Positions 27,001-36,379 of a stretch of 64,000 bases of DNA are shown piece after piece (the stretch's first letter is position 1; the number at the start of each line of letters is the position of its first letter). The notes under the pieces were generated by a model. It saw only the letters and a program-made list of their open reading frames with translations, did not search any database and was not told the origin of the DNA. The translations under genes and the position numbers were made by a program. Origin of the DNA: Candidatus Kapaibacterium sp. (lineage in GTDB: Bacteria; Bacteroidota; Ignavibacteria; Kapaibacteriales; UBA7675); the NCBI GenBank assembly GCA_028284775.1, contig JANQRB010000176.1:2922-66921 (forward strand), read 5' to 3'.

Positions 27001-27643
27001 CATAACTCTCGGGAATGTCTATCGGCGAGAAAGCGCCGCGCGCCGGCCGGATTGCCTTGATGGGCAGGGGTAGCTGACCGGTGTTAATCAGACGAAAAGT
27101 TCCGATTGTCTTTTCGCTCAGATCATCATAGCGAATATCGATCCGATCAATCTTAATACCGGTTTCCCGATACTCGACACTCAGCTTGATCTCCTCGGAA
27201 TGATTTCCCCAACGAGTCCGAAGAAAGGTAAAAGGGCGCCCGAACATGGCTGTCGTCAATTTGAGCGGAATGGTAATGGTATCCGATTGCTCGGTCTGAA
27301 AGGGTGTCTGCGGCGCGCCTGCGGCAAATTCGAATCCCGCCTCGTCGGAAGCAAAACTCAAATCCGAAATCAACAATGGCGTGTGCGTCACCATTCGCAA
27401 ATTCACGATCGTGTCGACGCCCCGCGGCAATGACGGCCGTTCATAGATAAAACTCAGGCTTTGGCTGAGCAGCTGATCCCTGGACTCGTGGGCTTTGCCG
27501 TAGCTTTGCGGCTCAGGAATTTGCGGATATCCATACAGTCCGCTTATTGAACCCGACGACATCAGAGCAATCAAACAGAGTAACTGCCAACGAAACACCG
27601 ACATAGTATTGCCCTGCAAGTTTTTTGTGACTGTCATATTCAT
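24071..27643 (-). CDS. Large secreted multidomain protein (1,190 aa) with T9SS C-terminal sorting domain; beta-propeller-like and CarboxypepD_reg/SdrD-B-like modules
   Basis: The N-terminus has a signal peptide (RWQLLCLIALMSSGSISG). An internal module fits the Cna-B/CarboxypepD_reg pattern (RGLVFEDLDNDCIRDPGEPAVANEAVVV...TAADGSFKA). The C-terminal ~80 aa fit the T9SS CTD pattern (SFPNPTTGELRLRF...GMYFIQF...). Confidence 0.75.
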   Translation of the reverse strand: MNMTVTKNLQGNTMSVFRWQLLCLIALMSSGSISGLYGYPQIPEPQSYGKAHESRDQLLSQSLSFIYERPSLPRGVDTIVNLRMVTHTPLLISDLSFASDEAGFEFAAGAPQTPFQTEQSDTITIPLKLTTAMFGRPFTFLRTRWGNHSEEIKLSVEYRETGIKIDRIDIRYDDLSEKTIGTFRLINTGQLPLPIKAIRPARGAFSPIDIPESYDDVFLESGQSQTVEFQFNGPRKSDDMVEIVVDTDWYPSQRAIIELSDPGKQIRIFRLKDDSPAEPIYQAEPGLPLNETLRICNSSTNTVSLTIFGIEVMPGDGMPALSFTDNIFPLSLAVASCIDLPLSITANAAGRKTVTLKIYTEAGTFYNESLKVDGDFSKHFARASWLRQADYRHVDYLDFAPDGGSIVYKARKSNITSPDNAALVGILEADGTVRHRIELSPYRGSNLDFTADGRRLTLASDHKRAVIVLQTWDVYSGAMIAEQEVPLTSDADHVDRQAIAYTGDGRFLLLAFGHFRGNDLDPVGWLSLLDANSRSVLSTTEIGLTVSLATAHNAALAYGNFGYLLTQKTGPGNPESVQYAGNRRLKFDEKGLASFNSDEFKKINTNLSDAEQDQSVLPVFAPDDQLLAVARGDYIAVWETQAWPEVNLSNYRRFDVRAFKVAFMPDSRHLLAADKVTKNVYVLDTETGSIVSECPTLGRNFTDVVFAPQGDGYLTLSGEGIIERFEICEPGSVENFTLRGLVFEDLDNDCIRDPGEPAVANEAVVVSQDDNVVVTAADGSFKATVPLSGYRHKIRLQASQQWLPPCGRADNALWVDLEDSAGHNAYIELPIPSPPTPRPAAELVVEPLIETGLFSIELTFRNLSANDARFRAVWLSAGGATMEIVASSSDYGASELREDGTIILQKFSDLLPWEERTVNLTVAIATETSRDEVCFDLLAKSDQPNDPLTEQCFAWPLQERNIQLDILDEGTPVRQTAVTGGDTVYFRLEALNRGHLRHKGRLEFWIDYDTSYSTAGPTLVDFNRQDRFVEHRSGGHYRLNIPRASFEPQSVVPDDRLEFVFAMPIKSGSALDEVFNTKVRMFSGTYPVLTSNDVTVVIGTGIVNPPDGSASIGIASFPNPTTGELRLRFDENVSGVARILSLHGAIHFSRELTDTREFNISTAGLAPGMYFIQFVHRDGRRSVAGFQRIQ

Positions 27644-28413
27644 TCGATGTATCAGCCCGATTCCAATATCGCCAAATTGCGGCCAGGCTCGACTACTGTA
27701 TTTCTACAACAGCGTATTTCGAATTCCCGATTGCGGATTTTCTGCTGTCCTGTTTTAGAGTTTGCACAAAAAACCACATTTGGCTTTGAAAATGGAACGA
27801 AAGCATTTTCTGGATAAAGTGAATAGTACACGAGATACGGGGTGCTTTAGTCCTGATACACAATTCTCCATTATCGAAAGGTTATGATGATGTCGAGTCA
27901 AAGGTGGGCAAGACAATAGAGAATAAGGTCGCTGCGGACCTTCTTTTGATCAATATTCCTGCTTTTCCCTGCCTTTGACTCTGCGAATCACAATTAAATC
28001 AGACCAAGAGTACAAGTATTTGTGCCTCTGCGCCAGGGTCAAAGGGTAAGCGCGCCACTTTGTCCTGCAAGCGCTGGAGATATTCGAGTATTCGCAACAG
28101 ATTTGCAATGTCGCGCCAGCTTCCCCTCCAACACTGCTGTGCCAGGAATCTTGCCGCACGAAGAATGGTCAAGTGTAAGGAAACATTCAAAAAACCCTGG
28201 CTAATTCAAAGAAAGTGGCTGTAAGCAAAGGAGAGCAAGTATCCGAAGCTCAGGCAATTCACGCGAAGCTCTAAACAGGCTTACACTAGATTGCTGTTTC
28301 GCGATCGACAGTGTATCATCTCGTAATTTTCGATTTACGGCTGCAGGCAAAAAATGCCAGACCACTCCGAACCAAGGTGTTTATGTACTACGATCGGACC
28401 GGATCCAGGCGCG

Positions 28414-31400
28414 TCAGTCTTTTCCATTCTTCAGCGCGCGTTCGATACCCGCGACTCCTTTGTTAAGCGCGCGCATCTGGCGAACAGCTTCATCGAGGGT
28501 ATCGCCGCTATCTCCGCCGCCGAAAAGCTGATTGTCCCGAAAGGTGGTTTTAATGTGTTCCCAACGCTCTTCTTCCTCCGGACTCAACATCCCATTGATC
28601 GCGCGGAATTTAAGCAGGTTGGCTTCAGCATTACCGGCAAGCGTCTGCGACTCATTGACATAATGACTGAGAACAAGGTTTTTCAGTTCTTCGTCATTCA
28701 TCATCGGCAGTACTTTCTCGGCGATTTTGTTCATGTCGCGATACGAGCCCTGCAAGAGAAAGGGGGGCTCCGTGCGGTAGGCGTCGGCTGTAGCGGCCGA
28801 TTCGATGTACTGTTGGTTTACGCGCAGGATGACGTCACGGACCCATATCAGCTTGCGAACGACATTAACATACTCATTCATATCGGCGGCGGAATGATCA
28901 CCGTAAAATTCGATCCCCTCCCGCCGGTCGGAATCCGCCCACTGGATAAAGGCGTAGAGATCTTCCCGATGGCGGGCGGCAAGGCGACTCAGGCTTACAT
29001 TCGAGGTCATACAGTTTTCCAGATAGCTGAGTTTAAAGGCTTCGCCCTCACCGCTGCCGATATCCCCTAAGTTGTAGGTATCGGCTCGGTTCGCGAGCAT
29101 ATCGGGAATAGTGAACTTTTCGCCGCTTTCGGTATAGGGATTGCCGGCCATAACAACCGCAACCTTGCGACCGCGTAAATCGTGCGTTGTGGATTTTCCC
29201 CGGTACACGCCTTCAATTTTACGCTGCGCATCGCAGAGCGAGATAAACTTCTGGAGAAATTCCGGATGACAATGTTGAATGTCATCCACATATATCATGA
29301 CGTTGTCGCCCATTTCAAAAGCCAGGTTGAGCTTTTCCATTTCTTCGCGCGCAGCGGCGTTCGGGGCTTCGCCAGGGTCGAGCGATGTAACGCGATGGCC
29401 GATGGCAGGTCCGTTAATTTTCATGAAGAAAAGACCCAGACGATTGGCTACATATTCCATCAGGGTCGTTTTGCCATAGCCGGGCGGTGATATAAGAAGC
29501 AACAGGCCCATTCGGTCGGTGCGCGTCTCGACGCCGGCCTGCCCCATTTGTTTGGCGAGGTTATCGCCTATCAAGGGCAAATAAACACGGTCGATCAGAC
29601 GATTGCGAACAAATGATGTCAGAACCCGCGGCATAAACTCGCTCAGACGCATTTCTTCACGTGTTTTGTCAGCCAATTCCTTTTTGCCCTGGCTGAATGT
29701 GCGGAACAGGGGTACGACCTCCCTGCAATAATAACTAAGTCTTTGAATGAATTCATTGTAGTCAAGCCTGTACACGCTCTTTGTGATATGCTGATGAACA
29801 CCGTTCATTCCGCTGATTGTTCGTCGGACGGAAATGTCGATCAGGTTTTCGTTAGCCAGCTCGTGCTTGTTAAATATCATTGATGCCGCCTCGTCCAGAT
29901 AGCGTTCTCTGAACTCGTCATTGCCGGTGGTCAGGAAAGCCCGAAGCCAGCTCCGCACTACCTGGTAGCGTCCGATCGCATCGCCGCCGATGCGGTCGAG
30001 AGCTCCGTTGAAGGCGGCAATAAAGTTGTTGGCGTACAGATGATCGGTGAATGCCTGCAGGAGTGCGGCAGCCTCGGGAGCGATGGCAAATCCATTCCCG
30101 CGCGTCAACTCATAAAACAGGTATTCTCCCGCTTCCTCTGTAGTCGACTCGGCGAACAAGGAACTACTTACTGCAAACTCATGCAGCAATTGCTGCAGAT
30201 CCTTCACATAGGTCCGATGGGTACGGGCTGAAGGAAAGAGCTTTAACATTTCACCGATACCGTTGAGACGTCCGGCCAAAAGGTCGCGTTGCTCGCCGTC
30301 GATGAAATTTTGCCAGTAGACGATGGCGCAGGCGCGTGCCGTCGACGAATAGCGCAGTAAACCGATGCGATGATGGAGATCAAGAAGGGCTTTCAACAGG
30401 AGTGCGGCATCACTATCATGCACGCCCTTGATGTATCCTTCGTCATAGCGGCCGGCACAGAATTGCCGTACATAATCCGCAAGCTTGTCAGCCGGAGCAT
30501 CCCGCAACGCTTCGGCTTCCCTGCCATCACCGGCGGTCACTTGCCGAAGAATCGTGTAGGCCAGAAATTCGCCACGATAAACATCATCATTTTCCGACGG
30601 AAGCTGTTGCTGCCAGACAGGGCGTGTCGCCATGAACGAGGCATCCTCGACTTCACGAAAATACTTCGTACCAGTGAGATGATAAAACATCGAATCATCG
30701 CGTCTGACGATTGTCACGTCTAAAACTTCGGTATTAACCGAAAAGTTGTGTTTGCCGAGCCGAATGACATTGCTGCCGTCTACAAACAATTCGGAACGAT
30801 CCTTAAGCTGACGCAGCGCTTCTTCCTTGGCAGTCTTCAGGCGGGTCTGCACGTCATCGGCCTTAACACTATCGCCAATTTCATTGAGCGAATCGATAAT
30901 ATCCCGAACCTTTTCAATCATGAGATCCGCCGCGAAATAGGAGCTGATCTCTTCAGCGCTGGTCATAGTGTCGGAGCGTTTGCTTACACCCGTCAGGATG
31001 CGCTCGGCCGATGCCAATAATGCCAGCGAACGACGATTGCGCGCTTCCACCAGCGCCAGTTTTTTCGATTCAAAGGCATTGTAGACTTCTTCCCGCTTTT
31101 CCACCAGGATTGCTGCGAATTCATCAAATTCCGTAAAACGCGCTTCCAGCTCTTCAAGCTGCACCATCAGCTTCGTCAGGAATTCATCGCAGCGGGCAGG
31201 TGTATCGCACAAGTCGAGATAGTTAATTAAGCCCTGGCTCACCAGTTTGATTTGAGCGGCGAATTCGGCGCGGCCCTCCGCCTCCGCCAGCTGCTGTTTC
31301 CGCCCTCGCAACTGCGCACGAACCTGATTGAGCTTTGCAAAATTGGCAGAGATGTTGTCGATTATCAGCGTTGTTTTACTACTGTCTCCGATTTTGAGGT

Positions 31401-33333
31401 TGCTGACAATTTCGATTAACAACTCCAGATCACCGGCAACAGCGTCGATCGCTGCTTCACATTCAAGTGCGGCTCTCACCTTTTCAAGATCGGCAACAGC
31501 GCTTTCGATTCCATCGACGCGCTCCTTATATGATTGAAGAGCATCCTCCCGCATCAGAAAGTCGATACACTGCGCGGAGAGTTCGTCAGTTTTGCTTTTC
31601 ACTCTTTCATCGAGACCGACAACCAGATCGGTATCAACATAGCGTAGTTCCTGCAAGGCGATAAGCGTCCCTCGGAGCGTTCGCAGAGCCGCCAGGTATT
31701 CCACGAATTCGCGCAGCTCATTCAATGAAGCGAGGCGAATGGCTTTCAAAAGTTCTTCGGTCCTGCCGGCGGCGGCGGCAACCTGCCGGCTTGTATCCTT
31801 CTTAACTGCCTGCACTTTCTCAAATTCGTCAACCGCAGAGCTTGCCGCGGACCTGATGGATGCCAGCGCCAACCCGAGGTTGTGCGCCCGGTCGTCGTTT
31901 ATCCAGAAAAATGTGTCGAGAATATCGCCGCTGCGCTTGACAATGTCCAGGTAGAGATTCGCGTAATTGTCTTCCTTCTGCAGCAAGGAATACAACTCAT
32001 GGCATTCGGCCATACAGCGAACGACATCTTTGTTGCCGAGTTGATAGAGATAACTGTCTTCATGGACCGTCATCTTGAAGTTGGGGCCGACATATGGAGT
32101 TTGCCAGATCTGTAAAACATGATGCTTCTGCGGTTCTAGTTCGGCCTTGAAGTACAGCAGCTTTCCATCTTCGAACAATGAAAATCCATTGCAGATGATG
32201 GGTGTCTGTACGCGCTGCTCGATGAGGTTGTACGACAGCAGAACATACACGCCGGCATCACGATTATAAAAGATGAAAAGGATATCTTCGCCGTTCGGCG
32301 CCGGAATTCGCCGTTCGAAGACCATTTCGTTCAGATTCGTCTCAAAAGCAAAGTATTCACCGGTCGCCAGATAATAGCCCTTGGGAAAGATAAATCCGTG
32401 CCCTTCCGGCAATAGTATTGTCGCTTCATCCAGGGCATCGATGCGCAAAGCGCTGCCCGTCTTTTCATTAAACAACACATACCGGAAGTCTTGCTCGCGA
32501 TAGGGTCGGATTCGTAAGATAATGATATGGCCAAGCAGAGCATACTGAAGTTCAAGATCATCGAGTTGCTGTTCCCGCTCTTGTACCGCTTCAGCGTATA
32601 TGCCTTCGCCCGTATCGGTATTGTCTTCGATTTTCAGAACGAGCTGCCCCTTTTGCAGTCCGACAAACAGGCGGTCGGCAATCGCGATATGCGGAAATTC
32701 GCCTTCGCGCTGCAGGTCACGGCTGCTACGGATCCAGTCGAACTCATGCTGTGGCGGATAACGCAGTTCGTGATCGCTGCGATTGTCGACATACTCGAGC
32801 CTATGATCCCCGTGCATCAACCACTTAAACACCTTGAAATCGTCAATGCTCTTGCCGACGCGGAACTTCATGTACAGATAAGGGCTGCGAAAGGCAAACT
32901 TGACAAAATGGGTCTGCTTATAGTACTTGTACAATCCTTTGAAGTCACGCTTGAAGTTGTCGTCTTGGATGAGCGACGCAGTGATCGGTTTGAAATGATC
33001 ACCGTCAAAACTATAGACTGACAATACATCTTCGACTGTTGTTTCGGATTTGAGGCCGATATGGACATTGTAGCCGAAGATAAAATCTTCGCCGACAGAC
33101 ACCATATCGCGCGGCACGCAATTGTTCACCGTTGTGACGCGTTCGCTGCTTAACAATCCGGTGGCGATGGAGCCGAATACTTCTTTGCGCTCTTTGTTTA
33201 ACAGGTTGAGACGCTGAAGCAAGTCCTTGGCTGCTTTTAGCAGACGTTCGCGAATAAGCTCATAACTGCCGCCGTCGAGCCCCTGGTTGCTTGAATCAGT
33301 TTTATCTTCTGTTGAAAGTGGACTTTCCGCCAT
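28414..33333 (-). CDS. Giant (1,639 aa) AAA+ ATPase of the AAA_5 (dynein/MoxR/McrB-related) type with ~1,200-aa non-catalytic N-terminal region; function unknown
   Basis: A single AAA_5-like module lies near residues ~1230-1400. It has Walker A (LLISPPGYGKTTLMEY), Walker B (MIYVDDIQH), sensor-1 (VAVVMAGNPYTES) and an arginine-finger region (RADTYNL). The N-terminal region is long and mixes coiled-coil and aromatic-rich beta segments. I recognise no nuclease, helicase or peptidase motif. The gene lies 333 bp downstream of the flotillin gene on the same strand. Confidence 0.7.
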   Translation of the reverse strand: MAESPLSTEDKTDSSNQGLDGGSYELIRERLLKAAKDLLQRLNLLNKERKEVFGSIATGLLSSERVTTVNNCVPRDMVSVGEDFIFGYNVHIGLKSETTVEDVLSVYSFDGDHFKPITASLIQDDNFKRDFKGLYKYYKQTHFVKFAFRSPYLYMKFRVGKSIDDFKVFKWLMHGDHRLEYVDNRSDHELRYPPQHEFDWIRSSRDLQREGEFPHIAIADRLFVGLQKGQLVLKIEDNTDTGEGIYAEAVQEREQQLDDLELQYALLGHIIILRIRPYREQDFRYVLFNEKTGSALRIDALDEATILLPEGHGFIFPKGYYLATGEYFAFETNLNEMVFERRIPAPNGEDILFIFYNRDAGVYVLLSYNLIEQRVQTPIICNGFSLFEDGKLLYFKAELEPQKHHVLQIWQTPYVGPNFKMTVHEDSYLYQLGNKDVVRCMAECHELYSLLQKEDNYANLYLDIVKRSGDILDTFFWINDDRAHNLGLALASIRSAASSAVDEFEKVQAVKKDTSRQVAAAAGRTEELLKAIRLASLNELREFVEYLAALRTLRGTLIALQELRYVDTDLVVGLDERVKSKTDELSAQCIDFLMREDALQSYKERVDGIESAVADLEKVRAALECEAAIDAVAGDLELLIEIVSNLKIGDSSKTTLIIDNISANFAKLNQVRAQLRGRKQQLAEAEGRAEFAAQIKLVSQGLINYLDLCDTPARCDEFLTKLMVQLEELEARFTEFDEFAAILVEKREEVYNAFESKKLALVEARNRRSLALLASAERILTGVSKRSDTMTSAEEISSYFAADLMIEKVRDIIDSLNEIGDSVKADDVQTRLKTAKEEALRQLKDRSELFVDGSNVIRLGKHNFSVNTEVLDVTIVRRDDSMFYHLTGTKYFREVEDASFMATRPVWQQQLPSENDDVYRGEFLAYTILRQVTAGDGREAEALRDAPADKLADYVRQFCAGRYDEGYIKGVHDSDAALLLKALLDLHHRIGLLRYSSTARACAIVYWQNFIDGEQRDLLAGRLNGIGEMLKLFPSARTHRTYVKDLQQLLHEFAVSSSLFAESTTEEAGEYLFYELTRGNGFAIAPEAAALLQAFTDHLYANNFIAAFNGALDRIGGDAIGRYQVVRSWLRAFLTTGNDEFRERYLDEAASMIFNKHELANENLIDISVRRTISGMNGVHQHITKSVYRLDYNEFIQRLSYYCREVVPLFRTFSQGKKELADKTREEMRLSEFMPRVLTSFVRNRLIDRVYLPLIGDNLAKQMGQAGVETRTDRMGLLLLISPPGYGKTTLMEYVANRLGLFFMKINGPAIGHRVTSLDPGEAPNAAAREEMEKLNLAFEMGDNVMIYVDDIQHCHPEFLQKFISLCDAQRKIEGVYRGKSTTHDLRGRKVAVVMAGNPYTESGEKFTIPDMLANRADTYNLGDIGSGEGEAFKLSYLENCMTSNVSLSRLAARHREDLYAFIQWADSDRREGIEFYGDHSAADMNEYVNVVRKLIWVRDVILRVNQQYIESAATADAYRTEPPFLLQGSYRDMNKIAEKVLPMMNDEELKNLVLSHYVNESQTLAGNAEANLLKFRAINGMLSPEEEERWEHIKTTFRDNQLFGGGDSGDTLDEAVRQMRALNKGVAGIERALKNGKD

Positions 33334-33516
33334 ACATGCCTCGGTGTTCTGAAATCAATTTTTCTTACCAGAGTCTCTGGCCCATACTTCACGTACTTTG
33401 TACGCGAGCGTGAGAATGCAGCAGCCCGCCTCAAGCCGAAAAAAAATTGTATACGCATCACTGTTGCAATGAAGCTGTGTCGCTTGCATTTGACACTCCG
33501 AGTACTTGGGCAACAA

Positions 33517-33544
33517 GTCTCTCTCTCCAGATTGAGAGAGAGAG
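33517..33544. other. Perfect 11-bp alternating CT/GA hairpin between the flotillin and giant-ATPase genes
   Basis: The sequence is GTCTCTCTCTC-cagatt-GAGAGAGAGAC. It is palindromic, so it forms on either strand. It lies 123 nt 3' of the flotillin stop and about 185 nt 5' of the ATPase start. Confidence 0.5.
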
Positions 33545-33666
33545 ACCGCTACGGTCGGATCAGACTATTCTCATTGGCCAGATCACTGAACAGACTAAAC
33601 ACAGGACCGGTAAAAGTGGACTTGTCTCGGAATGCGGATGCTGTCCCGGGCAGACCTGGCAAGGGG

Positions 33667-35904
33667 CTACTTAAGAATGGACGCCGCCGGTGCATCCGCC
33701 ATACCGCTATCCTGAATCAGACCGTGAAGTTTTTGCAGGACGCCGCGGGTGTCTTCATCCGCCATCGTCATCAGCTTAATCATCAGGGCCGAGATACTGA
33801 GGTTTTTAACATCGTCCGAGCTGAGTCCGAATCTGGCTACAAAGCTCTTGAGCTTGGCCGCAAAGTCCTCGGGACCGCCACCATCGAAGAAAGCGCTTTT
33901 CACATCGCTGAGCACCGTGCTATTGTTTACAAGTCTGTCGACGGATTTACCCTTAGTGATCGAGTTAACTATCTGATCGAAGAACATCGTATCGCCGCCG
34001 ACGATGTCGATCTTTGCGGTTTTGAGCCCTTCCCTGATAATGTCGGCCTGAGCTTCGGCAATATCTTTCTGGATCGTAATCTGCGCCAGTTCGATCTTCT
34101 TTTCTTTTTCAAGACGGAGCTTGAATTCTTCGTGTTCTTTGCCAACGCCATCGAGTCGCTTCATCGCTTCAGCTTTTTCCTCGATACCCTGCGCTTCGGC
34201 GCTGTATTTTTTGTGCATGACACTGGCCTGCGCCATTCCTTCTTTTTCCAGTGCGACTGCTTTGGCCTCCTGACCTTTAGCTTCAGCAAAGGCTTTTTGC
34301 TCCATGACCTGGGCTTCGGCCTCACCTTGCCTGGCCAAGGCTGCAGCGTGCGCTTTCACACCTTCCGCTTCAGCCGCAGCCTTTTTGGCGAGCACCGCTG
34401 CTTCGGCGGCGCCCTGCTGCTCCGTCGCTTCCGCGTGCGCCTTCACACCCTTGGCTTCGGCAAATGCTTTCATTTCGATAACCTGAGCATCGGCGGCACC
34501 TTGTTTCTCGATTGCCAGCGCTTTGGCCTCCAGCACCCGCGCTTCCGACAAGCCCAGCGTCGCTTCTTCCACAGCGCGAGCATCGGCAATCGTCTTCATT
34601 GCCTCGGCCTTTTTCTCCGCCGTCGCCCTGTCGGCATCTGCCTCGATAATTTTCTGTTCGGCCTCTTGCTTGGCGGCATCTTTGCCGGCTTCGGCAGCGG
34701 TTACTTCCTTTATTTTCAGCTTCAGCGCATCCTGTTCGGCCTGTGTTAATGCCACGAGCTTTTCGCGATCGGCGCCGGCGCGTGCGCGCGTGTCTTTAAT
34801 CTTTTCTTCTTCTTCAACCACCGCCTTTTCAACGATGACGCGCTCGCGTATCACTTCCTGAATATTGCGACGTTCTTCCTCCACGGCACGCTCTTTTTCG
34901 ATGGTGGCCAGATCGACAATCTTCTCTTTCTCAGTTAACTCAAGCAAACGATCTTTATCGACCCGCTGGGTTTCTACGGCATCGGTGCGTTCTTTGCTGC
35001 GTTGGGCAATGATGATCTGCCGCTGCTTGTTCTGCTCCGACACCTGAATTTCTTCTTCGGTCTGGATTCGGGACTGCTCCACTTTCAGTTTTTCTTCATA
35101 TTGTACTCGCTCGGCTTCCGACTGTTCACGAGCAGTAATCGTAGCGACTTCCTTGGCTTGTTTCTGCTCGGTTTCCGCGAGCTGCCGCTCCATCTCTAGT
35201 ATCTTTTCGCGCGCCTCAACATCCTGCTGAGTAATGATCTTTTCTTTGTTGCGTTCGATTTCATTTTTAAGGATCGCCTCGCGGGCAGTGATTTCCGTAA
35301 TCTTTTTAATTCCCTCGGCATCAAAAATGTTGCTGGCAATCATATTCGTCAATGGCGTCTGTTCGAGATGATCGATTGCCGCATCCTCCAGCACATAACC
35401 ATTGAGATCGGTGCCGATAGTATTCAGTATTTCCTGCTTGAATCGGTCGCGAGAGTCGTACAGCTCTTCGAAGTCGAATCGTTTACCGATTGTTTTAAGC
35501 GCTTCCGAAAACTTCGCATCGAATAATTCGATAAGGGCTTCCTGCTGCGAGGCACGCGCGCAGCCCAGCGACTCCGCTACCTTGAGAACGTTGTCCGCTG
35601 TTTTATTAACACGTACGAAAAACGCCACCTTTATATCGGCACGGAGATTGTCCTTGCAAATCAGGCCGGCCTGCCCCAGCCGTTCAATCTCGATGCGTTT
35701 CAGCGATATGTCCATCAACTCCGCCCGGTGAACTACCGGCACAACAAACATCCCGGCGAAATCGACTTTCGTCCCCCCCATCCCGTTGCGGACAAGCGCT
35801 TTCCCCTGCTCAACTTTTTTGTACATTTTCACGATCCAGGCAATAGCCCCGGCTACAATAAATGCTACAACAGCGATTGCTACATACGATACGGATTCGA
35901 GCAC
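33667..35904 (-). CDS. Flotillin-family SPFH (band 7) protein, YqiK/FloT-like, with extended coiled-coil
   Basis: The N-terminus has a TM helix (VAIAVVAFIVAGAIAWIV). The SPFH domain is present (…GKALVRNGMGGTKVDF…VVPVVHRAELMDISLKRIEIER…). A long Ala/Glu-rich coiled-coil carries flotillin-type repeats (AEAEGVKAHAEA…). Confidence 0.85.
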   Translation of the reverse strand: MLESVSYVAIAVVAFIVAGAIAWIVKMYKKVEQGKALVRNGMGGTKVDFAGMFVVPVVHRAELMDISLKRIEIERLGQAGLICKDNLRADIKVAFFVRVNKTADNVLKVAESLGCARASQQEALIELFDAKFSEALKTIGKRFDFEELYDSRDRFKQEILNTIGTDLNGYVLEDAAIDHLEQTPLTNMIASNIFDAEGIKKITEITAREAILKNEIERNKEKIITQQDVEAREKILEMERQLAETEQKQAKEVATITAREQSEAERVQYEEKLKVEQSRIQTEEEIQVSEQNKQRQIIIAQRSKERTDAVETQRVDKDRLLELTEKEKIVDLATIEKERAVEEERRNIQEVIRERVIVEKAVVEEEEKIKDTRARAGADREKLVALTQAEQDALKLKIKEVTAAEAGKDAAKQEAEQKIIEADADRATAEKKAEAMKTIADARAVEEATLGLSEARVLEAKALAIEKQGAADAQVIEMKAFAEAKGVKAHAEATEQQGAAEAAVLAKKAAAEAEGVKAHAAALARQGEAEAQVMEQKAFAEAKGQEAKAVALEKEGMAQASVMHKKYSAEAQGIEEKAEAMKRLDGVGKEHEEFKLRLEKEKKIELAQITIQKDIAEAQADIIREGLKTAKIDIVGGDTMFFDQIVNSITKGKSVDRLVNNSTVLSDVKSAFFDGGGPEDFAAKLKSFVARFGLSSDDVKNLSISALMIKLMTMADEDTRGVLQKLHGLIQDSGMADAPAASILK

Positions 35905-36379
35905 TGCATACTCCTTCTTCTATTAACAAGAGTTTTATGGTTATCTGTTTATGTATTATTGACTTTACTATTACCCTGTCTTTCCGGTTTACTGCTAGTC
36001 CAGTATTCCTGAGAAAGAAGCATTGCGTCAATGGGTTTAATATCCCCTTCTCTACGAAGCGCTAAAATGCTCCGATCGCGAGAGCTGTTTTCACTGACTC
36101 TCAGAGAACAAGAATCGGCGCTTCCCGTCATTCCGCTCCGTGTCTGCCCCGGAGAAGAATGACGGTCGGCGAACTGAGGTCAATGGATGAAGCCGCGTTA
36201 ACTCCACCATCGACCGTATTGCAACAGCAGGAATGGCTCTGTTACAAGTTCTGTGTTTGCTCCGGAGGCGGTGCACTGTGCAACCGCAGGCTCTGCGGCG
36301 TACAATTCAGCTTCCGAAAGTTATTTGAGTTTAGTCGGATAAGGGCCGTCTCTCGATAGGGTCGCGCGGCCAGACGCGC

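Noticed and set aside
28354-29070. 238-aa plus-strand ORF
   Set aside because: It lies inside and antisense to the 3' part of the giant AAA_5 ATPase gene. It has no motif support.
33469-34749. 426-aa plus-strand ORF and neighbouring Ala/Ser-rich ORFs (34304-34861)
   Set aside because: They are antisense to the flotillin coiled-coil region. The low-complexity translation derives from the complementary GCx-rich codons.
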